Below are positions 55,801 through 56,178 of a DNA stretch of 56,178 bases, piece after piece. The stretch is from a virus (taxonomy: Duplodnaviria; Caudoviricetes): positions 1 through 56,178 of the IMG/VR virus record IMGVR_UViG_3300031757_000001, one strand, 5' to 3'. The notes beneath the pieces were generated by a model that was not told the DNA's origin, did no database searches, and worked only from the letters and a program-made list of their open reading frames with translations. A program made the position numbers and the translations under genes. Numbering within the stretch: the stretch's first letter is position 1; every line of letters begins with the position of its first letter.

Positions 55801-56178
55801 CATGATAATTTAAACGAACGGAATTCTATCCAGAATCGCATGGCAAGCAGCCAGGGCATAAGTACGGTCGAGCATTCCCTGCCAGGCAAGCTTGACTGGA
55901 GGGGCATGCCGTCAAGTGGGAAACTCGGCCCGTCGGGAAAGAATCGAAACTGGTCGATGCCTCGGGCCAGTTCTTCTGCTAATGCAAGGTGGGAGGCTAA
56001 GCAGATGGAGGATATGGGGCCACCTCCTGCTGATGTAAGGGTTGGTACAAGCGGGCCAATGGTCCCTTTTGGTGCTCCTACCGAGCTTGCCTCACGAAGG
56101 CGATGGAAAGATACAAAGCCCGAAGAGGATAAGAAGTGGCCTCTGGCCAAGTGGATGGGCCTTGATCAAGAAAGTATC
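43804..56178 (+). CDS. Giant tail tape-measure protein (TP901-type N-terminus) with embedded cargo domains; 3' end outside the window
   Basis: ATG 43804 (MSTENVQVRVG). No in-frame stop found, consistent with its absence from the stop-terminated ORF track; at least 4125 codons. TMP core AAVEFARQG, ANVDAAFAVSSADLANAI and GGAVIGNAFKSIFTR; hydrophobic segments near 51950-52190. Confidence 0.9.
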   Translation, partial: MSTENVQVRVGATGLAESIRREANRAQAQLASKPIRLNLDTKGFRQPLGRITHDVSEFNKSMDASVARVLAFGAAMGVINAITNSLKAMVNGTVKVEKALKDVNVILNLNNNALAKFGDQLFDVARKTSQSFDTVSEAAVEFARQGLGAAETLKRINDAMILSRLSGLKAAESVSSLTAAVNSYAKAGISTTQVINRMANVDAAFAVSSADLANAIQRAGASAQGAKVEFNELLAAVTSVQQQTARGGAVIGNAFKSIFTRMQRSGVRETLENLGVATENTNGSLRSGITVLRDYAKIYKNLTDQQKAYTDQQIAGLFQINNLKALLSDLTSEYSVYDKALRTADSSTNQAIQRNEELNKTLSSLLLRTGASIDELAAKLGELGATEGISKLVNMVKGVADFLNDILGTGEGEGNTFAKNLVKGIGGFLTGPGLVIIGAALAKIFGQVAKFGTSAFKEILGLNVEAKRQESLQKAIGATLSQNEKLYAQIMGLAGNTAQQEQVLLNYIRQETKERLAQEAIMKRIASSSAFIGVGAGEAGFVPAGKGRARKVGKKTLGMASGFVPNFRRNPAQSAEYMGMVSGGYSKKALRNPKIKKTKIHDGKGQSFWAQTNGAENIKTFSNLSGKKATMVVPEKQSDAYKAFSKKLKKKMAASGFVPNFAKMPRNFLGTKASDIRKDGANRISTKEFDATNLVSMLVPDKGGSHMVKGGVTMPEGHIQRVRFMKVGPNKDPKGRIKRGLDKITRMQLNQGSKIFANLLDRNIPKGPMTRFGASEVGTTAGRIFEKAAGSVMKSPSFGLDTATFDFIGGDRGKGGIFDWKTQLADAKSSNTPSNRTSMAKKTIEFVMKGAKGWRQQYKGDKDQAAVEKIKRDVEKEVAKTRVGGEGAKGRKVGAIGARRFGWRASGGYVPSFFDIFGGTSNMGVDHLGPAHGVQKFQAPPSRMAASTGNKMGKNFWMAMDALGVTNVSRSFNLTSHSRADLDTFKNKTLPKNLRSGNIGDIFEAKTAYERYGDRDERGKLKSLKLETLKAHLSQASLPFDSRGPGGVGEAKALDIMKGKSAAGTQADVITKSLFSDSDRGLFKGISEKLTVGNGKFGKDWAVGADGAKINIPGKLATEMKAAGYHVSGDQASKAEVKRFAKASLLGYRKAYNQRKVQNAVQKNSPMFQDKLKLPSAVPFPAGGRSSGRFQLAARRGLRGMGASGGYVPNFALRTSPMKPPSYLVKMAEKIHAAGGKAQIIGGAPRDHLLGMGKGKPKDWDVEVFGLQEKALRSMLGKNVSEVGKDFGVFKVNNRGADYDFSMPRAETSTGRGHRDFKVKKDPFMSELEAAKRRDLTVNAISYNPLTKKFSDAGLGGMKDLEAKVMRPTSAKFMEDPLRVMRAMQFAGRFGFSADAKLIEYSKAISGKFNALPKERVRDEWYKWATKSKDPSKGLDFLEKSGWMKHFPELGRLSGIKQSPKWHPEGNVFEHTKMVVDQMTKRKVWKGWSPDERWKAMQTALTHDFGKFGTTIRTPKGLTSAGHAEKSVGDAEAFFQRIMSKGEAKSLIKEIGPDIGGHMYHTNLPVGNKAIGRMKRKGMNLERSIAMAKSDVLGRGPQPKGARGIKEVRQFEGQVNKMGVTKAAVKRLVTGNDLKKAGLMEQGPGMKPVLNALEDAQLSGQFSTTAGGLKYAKRHLGLSGGYVPNFGYMGKGIRQAINREQSMSGQKAVVERSRFLDGGVGVYNKAQQRKYGSLDRTIQRDHLGQGQRRSTLGETGSGKERYAAGGFVPNFRLRNIFSRNDPAFQKSRATWNEKTDSYLEYINPRKTQKWGTGPVDKKTREIAMAVSRQKGDMFEIFKSAKNSKFMKEGGRYTTQQLGQQMGRKINPKSTNFENLVSSFPQLKYRMQRGLHTSGTYRNESTGGLGRRFSGLSDLRSYVNSLSKKDFQGSLGKGAQIRINDLETKLIKSTADGGVYSQIGKKSGGYIPNFAGARGGSMPRSFGLQSGKADRGLAADAHNAEVFKALRRRGRGTGMGKQEIAEQAVGAYLKGGVPARVAADAATSLISGQAAGLPMPAFLLDMAFMHTKGLAMMGKNILTGKKLTTGLAAHYERQLTARSPLVGGASTFAGGYVPNFARADRWTSSWTKSRKSAKKKRYGSGSAKQNRQTEANAFVGLGDKVQKLQKIGQNLHLDKIDDIFQGFFAGGYVPNFAGKSVGQQIKDARKALKNLHPNDVAGRENLNAKIQELEGRKRGHSNRNKGTKGNPTGAGSGDRNKAPTASAVDKQSVDPDVKADRKGNREIKRKRRTARKRKIKMLRMWRGATKTAGGALEWVKGLGPFGTKKATDFIGDTRKDRGALSGKWLQKGKDFIGRINAASAGGKEGLQKHDDQRGEERRAKKAAREAKRAADRIEKAAAKTARVQAARELKHQKKLDKGTKSEERKKRKGRVSRVRSYKRKKFVERMTKPYKDWKRESAENKKTKADRNAARKAQIVEQKNRDLEQKRADDRARLDKKERNKAERAAGKTRRKQRKERVSRVRSYKRKKFMKASLRTGLGAGGRILAGAAAGLALPLVGGVGVGERAVGGAAKAVGGLSGGIGKAAGKAYGWSVQKAKKIAYEAKIAKIEKDILKAKKKELKAAAKTVVVTDQKVKTVVQQNKAADKVTKATVKKAARKTPSAEKKALNRENITAKAINEANAKAKGSKGGPPKGPKGPSTPTTPGIDPEKKIRGGMDKMGSLFMVQMAASMALPYAEQWNEKKRDGSEGFGKSTSQASVNALATAQYAMFLAFIPGIGIAAATAAVGIAALVGWIDGLTESSEEAGKRLQEENAEKAKRAGRQSEARTGLMSGISELRNRERGGNAEKIRTARDNVLSRLGGIEDNKERQKLQSMINSGASTSDIATELERRENIANREAQKRNAYTHIGESAFADKDFGTKMGDGDKIWIDSAGSFSSAISNLNKDELKKFRDGLKETTGKNALLSDAFEQMRADQLGNASSDQRNLSEKNYKNLSLTSADIDRTEKDLSNLNMLTPAAQNAIKAAREERNDAALKAIMVSMEQGNERSLDFKAGGDAATAQVGVNRAFEEFTNELKFSEQMFKQYNSILNKRAKHEVEMMNLVGNAAIMLSSNFAKSSIDIARNAQEFNIDFDQRMGSLGAFEANSKKFEAKRQAMNANFAVDQAAVSANRGLSIESLKQGTNNQLKSMAREYNQGSRRTVFDAISRDPKNLTKADKKIQDEFKRQVQSGDVNIDNIHKTVGRAVSSAKVREVEKAVQPKDSLSLKDAEARVERAEFELKKAGRGEAIKRLQQSIFNQTDEGMGLMGGDPFWMVQDPGLGRPERYFSSFQGERGQLPLSDQEAQARLDEEPSAQGAIAEKTRKIVDDRIAATKRAEEKYFQDYGERVDLMGLDPTAAYKGPDMGWNTSDIKWKKRSPYTDDWVDQAARDGGRPEQVIFDPVSWQSSIEVQRNTARDLAKTKYEELEAAKKNLKDRKREKKAEEARGRKDGVENLGKYKDDLAGRREVLDTDKTGLAPRMATQLERGQTSTAAAMKEVGEDFAREQQKINVNAAKQSLQLELQRRIMEQQLRLEEEQAQKNEAFNRLQSRTSGGVTKTTVLNNIVADANIASVSDQVELGGGASLGNRAIGAEARQSIAAVTGVSEIFTPADKLALFDFNTKAMVDALKAGGDTKSAKLVEEDAKKVRERIKAGEASPYDSDAEKLNSVIRELKAVIEGKLIAALEKPMEPMLFEFPAEMDAAMNRVSEELNKLSSEGFKWYENLYNIATILDQIEKNLREKEAIDAFNEGSDLTGYNTTTDRHGRKRTSARVDGGEIIWGEKGEKVATTKNDDWLNTVEVTREADGGVYYKKRTGSHNAATNHTTWEEGEEKFIANPNKKDLSLPSRADLTTAEGPKWDFWRDRVGAFEDRRQGIAGSRKPAQAPPDIDAARKAAQARIDQLDAISDQGRGSSLFDIVPPKDSSEYKDLKGGGNLLNPMRAVGDPYNGGRAMPGLRAFHDNLNERNSIQNRMASSQGISTVEHSLPGKLDWRGMPSSGKLGPSGKNRNWSMPRASSSANARWEAKQMEDMGPPPADVRVGTSGPMVPFGAPTELASRRRWKDTKPEEDKKWPLAKWMGLDQESI
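45481..50376 (+). repeat. Nine in-frame peptide linkers [AS]-[SG]-G-[YF]-[VI]-P-[NS]-F within the tape-measure ORF
   Basis: At 45481, 45763, 46519, 47413, 48838, 49093, 49687, 50125 and 50353. Conserved at protein level with synonymous codon variation. Confidence 0.92.
47437..48837 (+). other. Class II tRNA nucleotidyltransferase (CCA-adding type) + HD domain embedded in the tape-measure ORF
   Basis: IGGAPRD, DWD, RRDLTVNA, EDPLRVMRAMQFAGRF, PKERVRDEW, WHPEGNVFEH, HDFGK, GHAE, SDVLGR and VTGNDL...GPGMK; 467 aa between two linkers. Confidence 0.92.
51091..51387 (+). repeat. Perfect 36-bp direct repeat (51091-51126 and 51352-51387) encoding VSRVRSYKRKKF
   Basis: GTATCGAGGGTGCGCTCGTACAAGCGGAAGAAATTT occurs twice, in frame. 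Confidence 0.9.

Noticed and set aside
43719-56150. Numerous minus-strand and short off-frame ORFs listed in the track over the last 12 kb
   Set aside because: They are shadows of the single long + frame ORF starting at 43804 and have no recognisable motifs.
1-56178. Alternative genetic code (stop-codon reassignment seen in some large phages)
   Set aside because: Long genes are intact under the standard code, and TAA, TAG and TGA all end genes at sensible boundaries.
1-56178. Naming a host or phage taxon
   Set aside because: TTGAC/TATAAT-type promoters and sparse Shine-Dalgarno signals are only weak hints; no defensible assignment is possible without a database search.

Overview
56 kb fragment of a large tailed dsDNA phage genome, probably siphovirus-like (no tail sheath gene seen; host not determinable). 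It has two distinct halves. (1) 1-18.9 kb, early/accessory region: the end of a DNA ligase, an HhH glycosylase-like gene, DUF932, gp88-like and HAD genes, and dozens of tiny genes. Many sit behind their own sigma70-type, often leaderless, promoters. Transcription converges at ~11.75 kb. The region is punctuated by 16 copies of a 75-bp double-dyad repeat of invariant geometry (29+17+29) and contains a non-coding transcript with an odd tRNA-like RNA. (2) 19-56 kb, late region: PhoH, a sigma-like factor, nucleases, glycan-modifying enzymes, terminase, portal, protease/scaffold, capsid, neck, a trypsin-like protease, tail tube and chaperones. It ends with a giant tape-measure ORF (43804 to beyond the window end, at least 4125 codons) that the ORF track omits. 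Main discovery candidate: this tape-measure protein looks like a cargo polyprotein. Nine copies of a G-[YF]-[VI]-P-[NS]-F linker delimit unrelated domains, including a complete class II tRNA nucleotidyltransferase (CCA-adding type with HD domain) and two PD-(D/E)xK-like domains, plausibly injected into the host with the DNA. All calls come from manual reading and motif recognition; no database searches were run.
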